Assembly: GCA_002633005.1 (NCBI GenBank) | Contig: NMRA01000018.1 | Location: 1,375,531-1,439,530, forward strand | DNA: 64,000 nucleotides | DNA from: Phoronis australis | Lineage: Eukaryota; Animalia; Phoronida | Direction of reading: 5' to 3' | Part shown: positions 47,667-60,026 of the stretch, in pieces | Layout: each line of letters begins with the position of its first letter | How positions within the stretch are numbered: the first letter of the stretch is position 1 | The notes under the pieces: model-generated | Seen by the model: the letters and a program-made list of their open reading frames with translations, nothing else | Database searches by the model: none | Told to the model about the DNA's origin: nothing | Translations under genes and position numbers: made by a program

Positions 47667-47677
47667 GCCGGAAGTTT
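47667..47677 (+). promoter_or_regulatory. ETS/GABP motif (CCGGAAGT) in the putative FBXW8/TPST divergent promoter zone
   Basis: gccggaagtt about 720 bp upstream of the FBXW8 first acceptor; NRF1-like CGCATGCGC also at ~47081 and ~44477. Confidence 0.35.
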
Positions 47678-48413
47678 TTCGCCAAATTGTGCCTCACACT
47701 GACTAAACCATCAAAGTCGTGTTGCACATATAGAGATACCTTAGGAGGCTGTTGATTTCTTTAGTCTTCCTGTCTCAAACATATATTTCCACAATCAAAT
47801 TTGTTTTAACAGTCCTTCGTTTAGTTGCTCTAATTGGCACCTGGCCATTTTTACATTGCTCACGCCAGAGGATACGATGTAACACTTGGAATGTATAACA
47901 CTTCAAATGTATACTGCTGAAACCAGGATTTCCTGATTTCCAACTCACTTACTTCACTCATATTTTCATGCATGTGTAATGAGTTGAGAAAGATTTGGTT
48001 ATTAAGGCCATATGTACATGGTGTGACAGTGTTTTCATCAAGTGAGATTTGACCTTATGTAAATTCATAGATTATGAGGCATTTGCTGCCAGACCTTGAT
48101 CTGAGCAGTGATTATACAATTCTTTGGAATGATGGATTTCTTTACAGTGTTGAAACATGCTGGCACGAAACAATGAACAATATCTGTCTGCTTTATATAA
48201 TTTGTGTCGAAGTTTTCTTCACGAAATGTAATTTTCTTGAATTCATGTATTTTAGAGAGGTTTTTAATTCTGTTGTTCAATGTGTCTGATTATCTCATCA
48301 ATATTTCTGCTAGGTTCATGATGAAATTGACACCAAATACCCCTCAAGAATTATTTGTTTTATGAACAAATTTTAAATTTATCTTTAAAGGTTTTGGCAT
48401 CGAAAATTCAGAC

Positions 48414-48761
48414 ATGGAAGAGCTAGAGGAATTTCGAAAGACGTGGAGGTTGGAACTTTCTAACAAAAAAGCTGGGGATCAGTCTATACCATATGCAGAA
48501 GACAAATCCAAGTCGAAATCTAAACATGAAGCATGTTTAGAGGGAATAGACACGACACCTGTTGTAGCACAAGCAAGACCAGACTGGACCCCTCAACCAT
48601 TTGTCATTGCTGAAAGCTTGTTGCTAGGAGACAGTATCTCATCCCCGTCTGACATTTCAGTCAAACGGCAGGATGAGAATTTCAAAAGGAAACATGGTGG
48701 CGGTATTAGTGTCAACCCATCAAAAAAGACTAGATTTTTGGATATCCTCATCAGCGATCTG
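48414..48761 (+). CDS. FBXW8: FBXW8 exon 1
   Basis: MEELEEFRKTWRLELS...FLDILISDL; donor GTATGA. Confidence 0.9.
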
Positions 48762-51700
48762 GTATGAGGACAATTTATTTTGGACTGTTGTAATCTACGT
48801 ATTAGTGATTTTGTTTCAACCATAAAACTACTGTTTGCAGCACAGTTAAACGGATTCCATGAAAAAAAATGTCAGTGGCACTGAGTTGATTTTTGAGAAA
48901 CATCAGTTATATAAATGAAGCATTGAATTGTCTCATGTTAACATTGGATTCAGAGTGTCTTCAGTTTTATTTAATATAATTGGTAGAGGGTGGTTGCCAT
49001 ATTACTATTAAACCTGGCTAACTTTGGATCACATTTCAGAAATGGCTGACCAGATTCAAGTGAAGCTTTCAGATAGTATGCTTTATGTTCTGTTCTCAAA
49101 ATCGTTGTTAGTGACTGTTTTTATAATAACCCACTTTTGCAAGAGGTGGTATCAAAAATAAGACTGCTTAGTGTTATAATTTTTATAAAAACTTGAGTCG
49201 CTTAAAACAATAATGAAACAATAATTTGGAAACCCATTACTGTTACAGCATTTTTGAGATTTCATCTTGAATAATGATGTCAAAGGAAATTTTGCCATGT
49301 TATTGATGCTGTTGTATTTCTATGAATGAACCGTAACCTTGGCACTTGCTGTTTTGCAAAAAATATCAAACAATATATGGTCATGTGACCCTAGTGAATG
49401 GCAGATTGCTAATGTGAAAATTTTATATTCTACAGACTTTATACCTATGTTATTTAAAGACAATCAAAAAAATAAAAATCATGCTGTTATTGAATTAAAT
49501 AATGCCTTTTTCACAAACAAATAATAAAATTGTAGAACGTAAACCTGGGCAACAATTAGATTTTGAAATCTTCATTATCAACCTTATTCCGTTTTGAGTT
49601 GAAGAATGCATGTCTAATCGTTCTGTACTTCCGCGTATTTTGCCTCCCATAAAATACCGTGTTTGAAAATGTTTGCTGTATACTTTTTGTGCAACTTAGT
49701 TTCCTTTGCTATGTGCCCACATATTTGTATGTGGTCGCATATTGCCGTCATCTCTGTCTGGGCGTCCAGCATCTGCAGCTGTATCTCCTAAACCCCGCAC
49801 AGGAGCTTGATAAGATTTGGCAGATGTGTTCACATGAAGCTGGCGATTTATGACGACCAATTTGGGACCTCTCCAACTACCGGTGTGCCCCCTAGTTGCA
49901 ATTTTAGTTTTTTACGCTTACCTCTGTATCTTCGGAGGTCCTCAACGGATTTTCATGAAATTTGGCATTTAGGCATATATGAGTGAGATGATGCCATCCT
50001 CCTGTTTTCTGATGGATTGGAGGTACTTTGCGCCACCTAGTGGCCATTTTTTACTGTTTTCGAGTGTGTTTTTGGCATCCGCCCTTCTATCAACCAAACC
50101 GCTCTAGAAATGACTTTGAAAATATATGCTCTTATATGCTGCTTATATGCTCTTACAGTGAAGAGGACAGTAGACGATGATTTTCCAACGACTTCAACTA
50201 CTGTGACACGACCTAGTGGTAGTTTTGTTTGTTTTCGCGCCCATGGCTGTATCCCCTAAACGCTCTAGAGGATCTATTGAATTTTGCCGGTGTATTTTAT
50301 GAAGTTGACAACAGAGGTTGACAACTTTCAGACGGATCGGACTACTGATGTGCCCCCTAGTGGCAATTTTAGTTTTTTACGTTTACCTCTGTAGCTTAAA
50401 AGGTCGTCAATGGATTTTCATAAAATTTAGCAGATGGCATCTATTAGTGAGGTGATGCTATAATATGGTTTTCAGTTGAATTCGAGGCATTTTGAGCCAA
50501 CTGGTGGCTATTTTTACTGTTTTCGAGTCTGATTTTTGGCATCTGCCCCTCTGTCAACCAAACCACTCTTAGGATGGTTGTGGAGATTGGCATGTATGTT
50601 CCTAATGTGAAGAGGACGGCTGACAATGACTTTCCAGTGGCCTAGACAACTGCCTCCTAGTGGCAGTTTTTTATGCCCATGGCTGTATCTCCTAAACCCT
50701 CTGTAGGATCTTTTAATAAATTTATCAGTGTATTTATATGAACTTGACAACAAACGATGATGACTTTCGGACGAATCGGACTACTGTTGTGCCCCTAGTG
50801 GCAATTTTAGTTTCTTTAATTTTACCTCTGTATCTTCAAAGGTCCTCAACGGATTTTCAGAAAATTTGGCAGATAGGCATCTATTAGTGAGCTGACGCTA
50901 TCCTTGATTTGTGGTATTTTGCACCACCTAGTGGCCATATTTACTGTTTTCAAGTCTTATGTGGCGTCTGCCCCTCTGTCAATCAAACCACTCTAAGGAT
51001 GATTGTGGAAATTGGCATGTATGTTCCTAATGTGAAGGGGAAGTCTGACGATGATTTTCCGACGACTTCATCTACTGTGGCACATCTTAGTGGTAGTTAT
51101 GTTTTTTTTGCGCCTATAGCCTCCTACTGGCAATTTCATTTTTTTCGGTTTCCTTGGTTTCTCAGAAGTTCCTTGATGGATTTTTACGAAGTTTGGTAAA
51201 TAGTTTTGATGACGCATACCAATTTTCGTATGGATTCGACGTATTTTGCGTCATCTAGTGGCCATTTTTATGTTCCAGTTAAACACCCGCAGAAGCACAC
51301 CATTTGCGGTGCATTCGTGGGAGAATGTCTCCGCTTTGCTCTTGTTGTCAATTGGTGTCACTGTCATCTGATTAGTCAGAATGTTATTTTCCAGGATGAA
51401 ATAAATGAGATTCCTTTCTTCGACATCCAAATCCCCAAGGAAGTAGCCATCAAAATATTCAGCTCTCTTGACCTGGTTGATCTTTGTCGCTGCGCTCAGG
51501 TAAAGTCTTTCACAGGTATTTCTTGCTTTGAGAAACCATCTATTAACTATTCTAACCATTTGACAAAAAGACTAATTTGAGACGAGAATAGTTGTTAAAA
51601 TTTATGTTTTCAAGTTGTCTTATGATGGCAGATGTCAAGTAAAAGCAATATTCGCCTTGTAGTTAGTTTTTAAATGAGCCTGAATTGTTGCAAAAATTGA

Positions 51701-54700
51701 CAATTGTATCTTAAACTGAAAAATTTTACTGTAACACAAAATCTTTTGTTATTTGGAGTCTTGTTTGAGTGATTGATGTGACATCCATTTTTATTTTGAT
51801 GAAGAATTTTATTGCTTTCACTTAGTATTTGCTCATTGACAAAGTAACGTAGAAAGTGTTTCGATGTTGGTTTAAACAGCATTGCTACTTACTTTAATGG
51901 CTATAAACACGCAGTCTCCAAACAGCAAACCTTTTTATTATATAATTACTGAGGTGAGAAAGTGATTTTTGGGTTTGCAGATAACTGTCACTTTGTTATT
52001 CATTGAGACTTTATTTTAATGCCTTCTATTTTATCAGCCAGGAATTTATTACTTTCATAATCAGTATTCATGTTCTTTTGATTGCCCTGGTTTTTTTGGC
52101 TAATGATAAATTTGTTTTAAAAGCATTCAAACATTTTAGGTGAGCAAAAGTTGGAAGATTTTAGCCGAGGACGAGTTGCTTTGGTGTCATGTGTGTCATC
52201 GCTTAGGTTATGAGTTGAAAGTGTGTGTTAATGAAAGAGACAACTGGAAACACTTTGTTCAGGAACAAGTGAAGATTGGACGGAGAATTCTGGAAAATTG
52301 GAAGGTTGTTTTTCATATTGAAATATCTGATTTTGTTTGTATTTGCTCCGTTTTGAAACTCGCCATGCGGTATAATCCAGTAATTTTACACTTCGCTTCA
52401 TTTTGCCTTGGAATTGTCACTGAATAAATATTCATAATATAACTGGGGGGGGTTAAATTTTTGTTGGAAAAAATACTATTTAGTAGATTTCTTTTATTTC
52501 AGTGACTGTAATAAAATGATATTTGAGTCAGAAACATTGGTTAAGTTAAATGAATTATTTCATAACCATGAGCATTATGTATTGACGTTCCAGACCAGAA
52601 CCGGTGCTTTATATCGACTAGAGTATGTGCAGGGGGGAGTGTTGTGTGCTGCTCACTCATCCAATACACATGTGGTAGCTGGGTAAGTAAGGCACTTGCT
52701 GACATTAAAATTCTTGGTGATAGTCTCCCTCATTTGACCCTGTTTTGATTTGATTAATATAGTTTATATGGTACTGTTGGTGTGAGCTTTAGTAGTGATA
52801 GTGAAAAGTTTTCCTGTTGTGTGTTCAGATAAGGTGGCTGTGTGTGGGTGTGTGTGTTGTGTTTGTATGTTGTGTGTGTGCGCGCGCGTGTATGCGAGAG
52901 CATTTCTGCTTGCTTGGCAGGCTAATGTCGAAAAAACCAAGTTTGGGATGGAACAGGGTGTTCGTGGCGTCTTTTTCCAACGAGGGGGAAGTTTTCCACA
53001 TAGTTGCCAACTTACCTTATAAAATGCAAAATAAATTTCCATCCTCACAGAAAACATGTCATTAGGACTACAGTAGACTGCAGAAGCTAGCTGTATTAGT
53101 TACACGGCTTCTGTCAATGTTTGTGGATCGAACAGGATAAACAATAATTTAAAATCGGATTTTGAAATTTTCCCCTCGTTAAACACAATCAGTTTATCTC
53201 CTTTCCTTCCTCACATTCGCGTAATGACCAACATTCTGTACTGCCTGGTTAATCAACAATGCACAGCAATGTGAATACAGTCAAACCAGGCAACAACCTT
53301 GACACTGGTTTGTTTTCTAAAATGGCAAAGTGCCAGGCAACACTGATGAAATGGGTGGAGAAGCGGCAAGTTTTATTCATTTTATTGTGTTCACATTTAC
53401 AAAAGAGGTCATACAACAATGTGATTTATATTGCACGAAATAGCCAAATACCAAACTGACAATGAAAATCAGTCTAGTTATCTCAACAGTCGTCTGCATG
53501 AAATGGATGAATAAATCGTTTGCTATGCCGGCTAACGAACAGATTTACGCTGAACAAGAATGTGATAAACAATATAAACGGAATTTTTGTTACACGAGTT
53601 AGTTAATCGGGTCTAAACAACTTCATTTTTTATTATTCTATGTTATTCTATGTACGTGCGTAGAGCCGGAGAATTTGATTTTAATGAGTAGTCTCAAGCC
53701 CTGTCCTGGCGTGTACGCTTCCTAAAGCAACTTTCCTTATTAAAAAAGTAATTGCAGGCGATCTGATACATGTTGTACCAGACGTGCACTGGCCGTGCAT
53801 GTGGTTACATTGCACTGATCACCTGGAACCATTTTCATGCTTTATTATTATTAATAGTTGAAACCGAGCTGAAGACCTAGAAACCTGACTCGAGGGTTTA
53901 GCAGTGTGACCCAGTGGGACTCAAACCGATGATCTTGAGTAAAGTAGGCTGGCACCTATCTCACTAGGTGTCACTGCCTCCTCATTAGTGTTACAAAACT
54001 CTTCATACACTGAGATCACATACTGGTACTTCATTGTCATGTGACTTGCAAAAGCATACTTTACCCAGATACTCCCACTTTGTGCCTTAGTCACATGCTA
54101 AGGTTGAGGTAAACAATTGTGTCTACCATAATGAAGGTTGTAGAATGCACCAGACTGTACCAAATTATATATATTTTTTAAGTTTTCTTGGTGCGGCCCC
54201 CATCTCTCCCTCCCTCTCAGTGAGAGCGGGATCTCACCTTCCATACACACGTGTGGCGTCAAGCTCTGTATTCGCTAGGACTATTCACCACCACGCTCCT
54301 TTCGAAATCCAGGGGAAACACTGCTTGCATGCATGTGTGTGTATATGTATGTTCTATGTATATGGCACTAGTACAGGTCACTCCGTCTATTAATTCTCTA
54401 ACATATATCTTCTTAATTCTTTTTTTTCTTGTGGTTTTTCATTAGTTACACCAATGGATATGTGAAAAATTGGCATTTGGACGGAGGTGGAGACTGCATC
54501 CTTAAGCCATCCCATACTGCACTGGTGCTGGATGAAACACAGGATTATGGGATGATATCGAATCATGTGACACATGTTGCAGTCAACTCAGAGGTCACCG
54601 TTGCTGCCTTTATGAAAGGTTATCCTGTGTTTTTGTTTGCATATGCTTAATGGAATTCAAGCTTAAAATTATATTGCTTTCAATCTGTTATTATGAGAGA

Positions 54701-57700
54701 GTCATATGCACTTTATATAACCATTTTCCATTATAGCTTTGGCTTGTCACCAGATGACAATTGAGTTGTTGGAAGACAGCATTTTGGATTCTCCTATGGG
54801 GAATTAAGGCTGTGGAATTTCCCACCGTCTTTATATTTTTGCGATCATGGTGTTAAATTGACACTGTACTGTTGTGCAATCAGATATTCGAACGAATTGC
54901 ACAAAAATATTAAAATTTCTCTGATTTTTTATATCCTAAATGTCACAATTTTTTGCCTAAGTGGACTATTTTAAAACAATTCTTGGGAGCATTTAGGAGG
55001 ATAGTGCATAAAGTAGAGTGTATGCCATTTCTGATCAAATGTTACAAAATTTAGCCAAAACTGGAATTTTTCTAGGGTTTCGCATGACTTTAAACCATCC
55101 CTTGTTAAGGAGAGAATTCCGTGTCTGTAGTGATGTTCAGTACAAGAAGTGCATTAATTTAATTTTTTTCTATTACCTATTCTAGGTTTCGTGGATATTT
55201 GGAGAAACGACATGGGTACTGATCCAGCACACACCATGCAATGCCAGCACATATCCGACCTTCAAATCAGCGAAGACCTTGTTGCAGTGGTATCAGGTCA
55301 TGTGATTAATGTTGTGCAGTGCCGTGATAGCGGCTACGCTTGCCATGTACTGGATGCAGGAAGTCAAGTATGTTAGATATAATTTTCATTAGGAAGGTGC
55401 AAGTGGCTCTGTATTTGCTGTGCCATTACCAAATAGTACCAATGTGTTTGTGATACCGGTAATTAACGGTATTCGTTCTTAATTTGCTCAATGTACGTGG
55501 TTTCTTAGCTGCTCACTTTTGTTAGTGATTGAACAAAAATGTTTTCAGTAAATCAGCTTCACGTTGTACCTCTTCACGCAAAATTTTATTTGGATCTTGA
55601 GATGTAGTAAACCAATGCTTCGAATATTTTTTGTACTTTTATTAACAATCTTACATTTAGTGGACAGTGTTTTTCTTGGCATATTTTGGTTCATATGTAC
55701 GATAGCATATACCTGTGTGTTGTCCAATGCCTGATTCAATCATAGCCATTAACACTTCATTATGTGTATTTCAGATTAAATCATCAAAGGTTATGTCAAC
55801 AGGTCAGTCCTCAAGGCAACGTCATCTCACAGACAGTATTGTGGCCATGGCAACAGAAAGCGATGTCCAGCTTTATGTAATCAATGGGACCATCAGCTCA
55901 TCAATGGATGTAACTGCCTGTGGAGTCTACTCAACCTATGGTGTACCAGTTTTGGGTCCAATCGACATTCTGGAGAACACATTGGCTTGCCCTCTTGGTG
56001 TTGATCTTCATCTGTTCATCAGTCCTTATAGGGTAATAGGGGTTTTTCCCTTGAACACTGGATAACTGGAGGGAAGGATCATTTCTCAATGTAAAACCTG
56101 TTCTGTATATTCCTTGCTAAAAATTTGTGGATGCATTTTGGCTAGAAAATTGTGGCACCAGGAATTTCCGAAAGAGCTCCAGGAATATAAAACACCAAGG
56201 GAGGTCTAGACTTTTGGATTGAGGCTCGGAAAAGCCATCAAGGGAGATGTTTCAGAAAGCATACCTTAAAACCCCATAGCTGAGTTTTCGAAAACAAAAG
56301 ATCCCTGTGGGGGCTCTTTTTGAATGCACAATGTTTATGTTAGAATGAACTTTTCTGAAAGAGATCATGATATATTTGCAAAAAATTGTTGACATGGGAG
56401 AAATGTTGGGAAACCATGAAAGGGCAGAGACTCAGTCGAGAAATTTAGGAGTGGGAGTATCTCAGCCTTCTGTGGTGCAGTCCCTGTTCCGTGATTTGCC
56501 AATTGCAGATCGATTGTGTTTTGATTTGCCATTTTCACACTGAAATTATTTTGATTTGTAAACAATATTGTCGAAAGAGATAGTCACTTTTATATCTCAT
56601 GCCATCAGCATTTCATTTCTCCATTCTAGGTAAAATTATACGATATTCATCAAGAAAAGGAGGTGACAACTTTGAGTGGTCACACAGCCCGAGTGTATGC
56701 ATTACAGCTAGCATCAAACAATATGGTGGTTACTGGGAGTGCTGACAGGAAGTAAGTAGGTGTCCTCTACACTTCTGTTATTTATTAATGAGTAGTAAAT
56801 TTAATTAATTTGGAGTTTTGTAGATTGAAGTTCTCGTTTGAACTCCATTTTTGAAAACCACGCTTTAAAGTGAGTGCCCGTCCAACTCATTGATATTCTT
56901 TCCAAATGTAAAAGGTTTTGTAATGTGATTGTATTGTGCCATTGTATCTAAAGATTTATTTCTAAACGTTTGCACTTGACGGTGAGTTTGTGAGCATTGC
57001 TAGACACAGCTTGACCTGCTAACAGTGCCAAAGAAAATGTGAGTGGAAATACTGACTGGAAAATGTCCTGTTAATTGAAATAAGATGGACAAAACTAGAA
57101 AATTCTGATTAATAATATTCTGTAATCATAGGTGTGATATGTTCTCAAGTTCAAAAAGTAGGTGTTGAACACTTTTGTATGATTGTAAAGCTTCACATTG
57201 CTGTACATAAAATGGGTTGTTTGTTTAAGTTCTAGTTATAGAGGCATTTTCAGTTCTGGGGTACTCTTGTAGAAGAGGTATAGGGGCGCACTGTTTAAAC
57301 TTATCTTCAATGTTAACTCCTGTAAATTTGATTCTTACAGTATGTTAAGAGCATTGCTCTGAGCCAACTAATGCCATAAATTGTCAAATGTAATGAACTA
57401 TTAGGCGTATTGGCTTGCTTTTGTCTACGTCACCGCAAGAATCGTCTTTTCATTCAAACAGCTGCGAATAACACCCGCACGCAATGGTGTTCTATTCAGA
57501 CCCCTATTCAATACAACTGTTATCGGCCTTTTGTTGTTTGTGCTGGGATCTTGCAGTGACGCAACATGGCACGAAAAAGCAGGTTCACCTGTCATTTGGA
57601 GGGCGATTACAGTTTCATGATTGAACTTACGTTTTCTTATTTTACTAAGGCTTTGCTAGCACTTTCTGGTTAGCCCAATACGTCTGAAATAACGAAATTC

Positions 57701-60026
57701 CGTTGAAGGTAGGCTTTACAAGGGTGACTTTTTCTTGACCAGTTTCTGTCGAAGGGGTGCCTTTTGCGACACAATTACCTACAGAAGGTTTCACCATGGG
57801 GTTCCGAAAACTCGACAATAGCTGAAGATTCGTTTTTCCTAATACACAAAACTACGAAAGGGTTTCAACATGATCTATACTTTTAAAACATTTGATGCAA
57901 GTCAGGTATACTCATTTTTGACAACATGGCAGGCTTTACTGTTTGTGACTTAATGGGTCTGCTGTCCAAGAATCCTTATAAAATGAAATTGCTTGCAAAA
58001 GGGTGGCTTTTTCATGGAAATTCCTTACACATGGGCCCTTTTTAAACTCCACGCTCTGTATGAGTTGGTATCCTACTTTTCCANTCTGAATGTAACTGTT
58101 TATTGTTATGGACATTATCTCATAATTTTTTGTAGCAGGGGATTAATGAAACGGTGTAACTGACTGTTACTATGGATACTATCAAGATTGTGTAAAGCAG
58201 TATGTATTTCAATAGTCCATAATCATAAACAGAGAATATCTAAAGTGAATTTCAAACTGTCCCTGTATTTTTGCCCACTCAACTGATTTTGGCATTTGTA
58301 GGGTGCGTCTCTATGACACCAGGGTGCCACACCCAGTTGGCGTGTTTATGGGTCACACAACACAGGTGACCTCTGTCCAGACTGACTCGTGGAAGGTCGT
58401 CTCGGGGTCGTATGACGGCATGGTCTCAGTGTGGGATCACAGAGTGCCAAATGTGAAACTTTGGGAGCATCACAACAGGTAAAGAATTATGGGAGCTCGA
58501 AATACAATAGGTGGGGCTAGTGCAGCGAGAGACCTTCCGGTAGAAATGTAAATCTATGCACTCGGGTAATCACATGGTACTCTTAGTCCACGAATGTTCT
58601 ATGCGTACGAAGTGTTTTCGCCTCTCAATCTATTCAGATGTTAGCACCATCTAGTGACTAGTGAGACCCCATTCTATTTGCGCATGAGTGCACACTAGGT
58701 CAGAGAACTTTTAAAATAAAGATCCGTGCAGGTTTTTTCTTGAATTTGTATTTCAGGGCCTTAATATACGAGGAAAATTCAAAATTGTTAAGAAATTTGT
58801 TAGACATTTAGAATGTGGCGAAAAATTTTGGAGCTTGATGTGGCGAGTTGAGCAACTAAAATTTGAAGTTGCATTTTACAAGTGAGGCTTGGGCTGTAGT
58901 TGGCACAGGCAGTCTGAGGTTGCGTTTGGATTACTGATATTCACCAACTTAAACGTTGCATGGAGTCTTTCAGTTTAGGCCCCAGCAGCTACCTTCTACA
59001 AATTACCTATAGTCAAATTTGTTGAATTTTCAGACACCCAGTTGGTTACTGTCACTTCAACAAGCAACTATTGGTGGTGGCAAACATTCCAGTCAACAAA
59101 CATCCCGACACGGTGTATGACGTGGATTCAATGTTACATAGGAGGTATGTAATTACATATGTTGTTTCAGAGGACGCTCAAAGTTCTGGGCAGTAGCACC
59201 ATATATGTATGTATTTAGGCCCATGCATCTGTAATCTGCGTTGCTGAAAATTTTTTCGGAGCATTTTGTCCGTTCTTTATATGGTTCATTTAATTTGTCA
59301 GTGTACAATTATTGTGTCAACATTTATCGTTTTGTAGTAGAGAAGTCGTAATTAACTGTCATGCTAATTTGGATTTTTTTCACAGGTGTTTCGCACTTCG
59401 GCACCTGCACCTAATTTCAGTATGCACAGTTTCACATTATAAGCAAATGGGCCCATATGCACACACACGGTTACAGTAGACTAATTTTTGTGTCCATAAT
59501 ATTTAACTTGGAATGAGTCGTGTTGTTTGGGACCTGAATAACACTGAAAAATGGCAGCACTATATCAACACATCTTTCCCAGTCAGTGAAGCATTACAAC
59601 CACACTAGCTTATTCTAGCCTTGAGGTCCTACTAATATGTCCCAGATTCACATGAAGTGAAGAAACTTTTATGAGCTTCCTATAAGAAGAGAGCTGGTGA
59701 CCGATTACTTTTGTGGACTGCAACACTAATCACCTGATTGTGACTCATCAACACAGGTTCCTTAAGGGTTAAGTCTCGGTTTGCTAGAATCCTTACAAAC
59801 CGTACAGTTAGTAAAATGTCCATTACTTGATTGTTTTGTATGCTGTTGTATTATAAGATAACTATGATATTATTTTTCCAGGTATCGTGGAAGTTTACAT
59901 GCGTACGACTTCTCCATTGATCAGATGTCAGTGACTGGACTTCCTTCAGTATGCCTGTCAAGTTATGATGAGCCAGAAGGCTACAACTACAATATTAGAC
60001 TGTCGATGCCTTATGACCGATTATGA
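48414..60026 (+). CDS. FBXW8: F-box/WD40 repeat protein 8, 11 coding exons, 624 aa
   Basis: Exons 48414-48761, 51395-51499, 52140-52304, 52594-52682, 54446-54618, 55186-55367, 55775-56032, 56630-56751, 58302-58478, 59034-59144 and 59882-60026 total 1875 nt in frame, all introns GT-AG. N-terminal LEEFRKTWRLEL, F-box IPFFDIQIPKEVAIKIF...RCAQVSKSWKILAEDELLW, WD40 repeats and C-terminal HRRYRGSLHAYDFSIDQ...MPYD all match recalled FBXW8 sequence. Confidence 0.93.
49706..51346 (+). mobile_element. Same HINE-like family, full copy in FBXW8 intron 1, about 3.3 higher-order units of ~430-465 bp
   Basis: Termini match the 30877-31874 copy; ten CTAGTGG-type cores spaced 133-176 bp. Confidence 0.82.
51395..51499 (+). 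CDS. FBXW8: FBXW8 exon 2 (F-box)
   Basis: DEINEIPFFDIQIPKEVAIKIFSSLDLVDLCRCAQ; ttccag / GTAAAG. Confidence 0.95.
52140..52304 (+). CDS. FBXW8: FBXW8 exon 3
   Basis: VSKSWKILAEDELLW...RILENWK; ttttag / GTTGTT. Confidence 0.92.
52594..52682 (+). CDS. FBXW8: FBXW8 exon 4
   Basis: TRTGALYRLEYVQGGVLCAAHSSNTHVVAG; ttccag / GTAAGT. Confidence 0.9.
52840..52892. repeat. Imperfect (GT)n/(GC)n microsatellite
   Basis: gtgtgtgggtgtgtgtgttgtg...tgtgtgtgtgcgcgcgcgtgt. Confidence 0.8.
53841..53970 (-). mobile_element. Short tRNA-derived SINE with (TAA)n tail
   Basis: ctagtgagatagg A-box-like, ggtttgagtccc B-box, ends ctattaataataataaa. Confidence 0.55.
54446..54618 (+). CDS. FBXW8: FBXW8 exon 5
   Basis: YTNGYVKNW...VAVNSEVTVAAFMK; cattag / GTTATC. 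Confidence 0.88.
55186..55367 (+). CDS. FBXW8: FBXW8 exon 6
   Basis: GFVDIWRND...VLDAGSQ; ttctag / GTATGT. Confidence 0.88.
55775..56032 (+). CDS. FBXW8: FBXW8 exon 7
   Basis: IKSSKVMSTG...FISPYR; tttcag / GTAATA. Confidence 0.82.
56630..56751 (+). CDS. FBXW8: FBXW8 exon 8
   Basis: VKLYDIHQEKEVTTLSGHTARVYALQLASNNMVVTGSADR (WD40); ttctag / GTAAGT. Confidence 0.92.
57402..57686. mobile_element. Possible MITE
   Basis: taggcgtattggct / agcccaatacgtctg. Confidence 0.4.
58302..58478 (+). CDS. FBXW8: FBXW8 exon 9
   Basis: VRLYDTR...GHTTQVTSVQTDSWKVVSGSYDGMVSVWDHR...LWEHHN; ttgtag / GTAAAG. Confidence 0.94.
59034..59144 (+). CDS. FBXW8: FBXW8 exon 10
   Basis: HPVGYCHFNKQLLVVANIP...MLHR; tttcag / GTATGT. 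Confidence 0.92.
59882..60026 (+). CDS. FBXW8: FBXW8 exon 11
   Basis: YRGSLHAYDFSIDQ...YNYNIRLSMPYDRL then TGA. Confidence 0.93.

Noticed and set aside
49706-51346. Regularly spaced CCTAGTGG repeats as a CRISPR-like array
   Set aside because: The intervening sequences are homologous with a three-unit periodicity rather than unique spacers; eukaryotic context with no cas genes.
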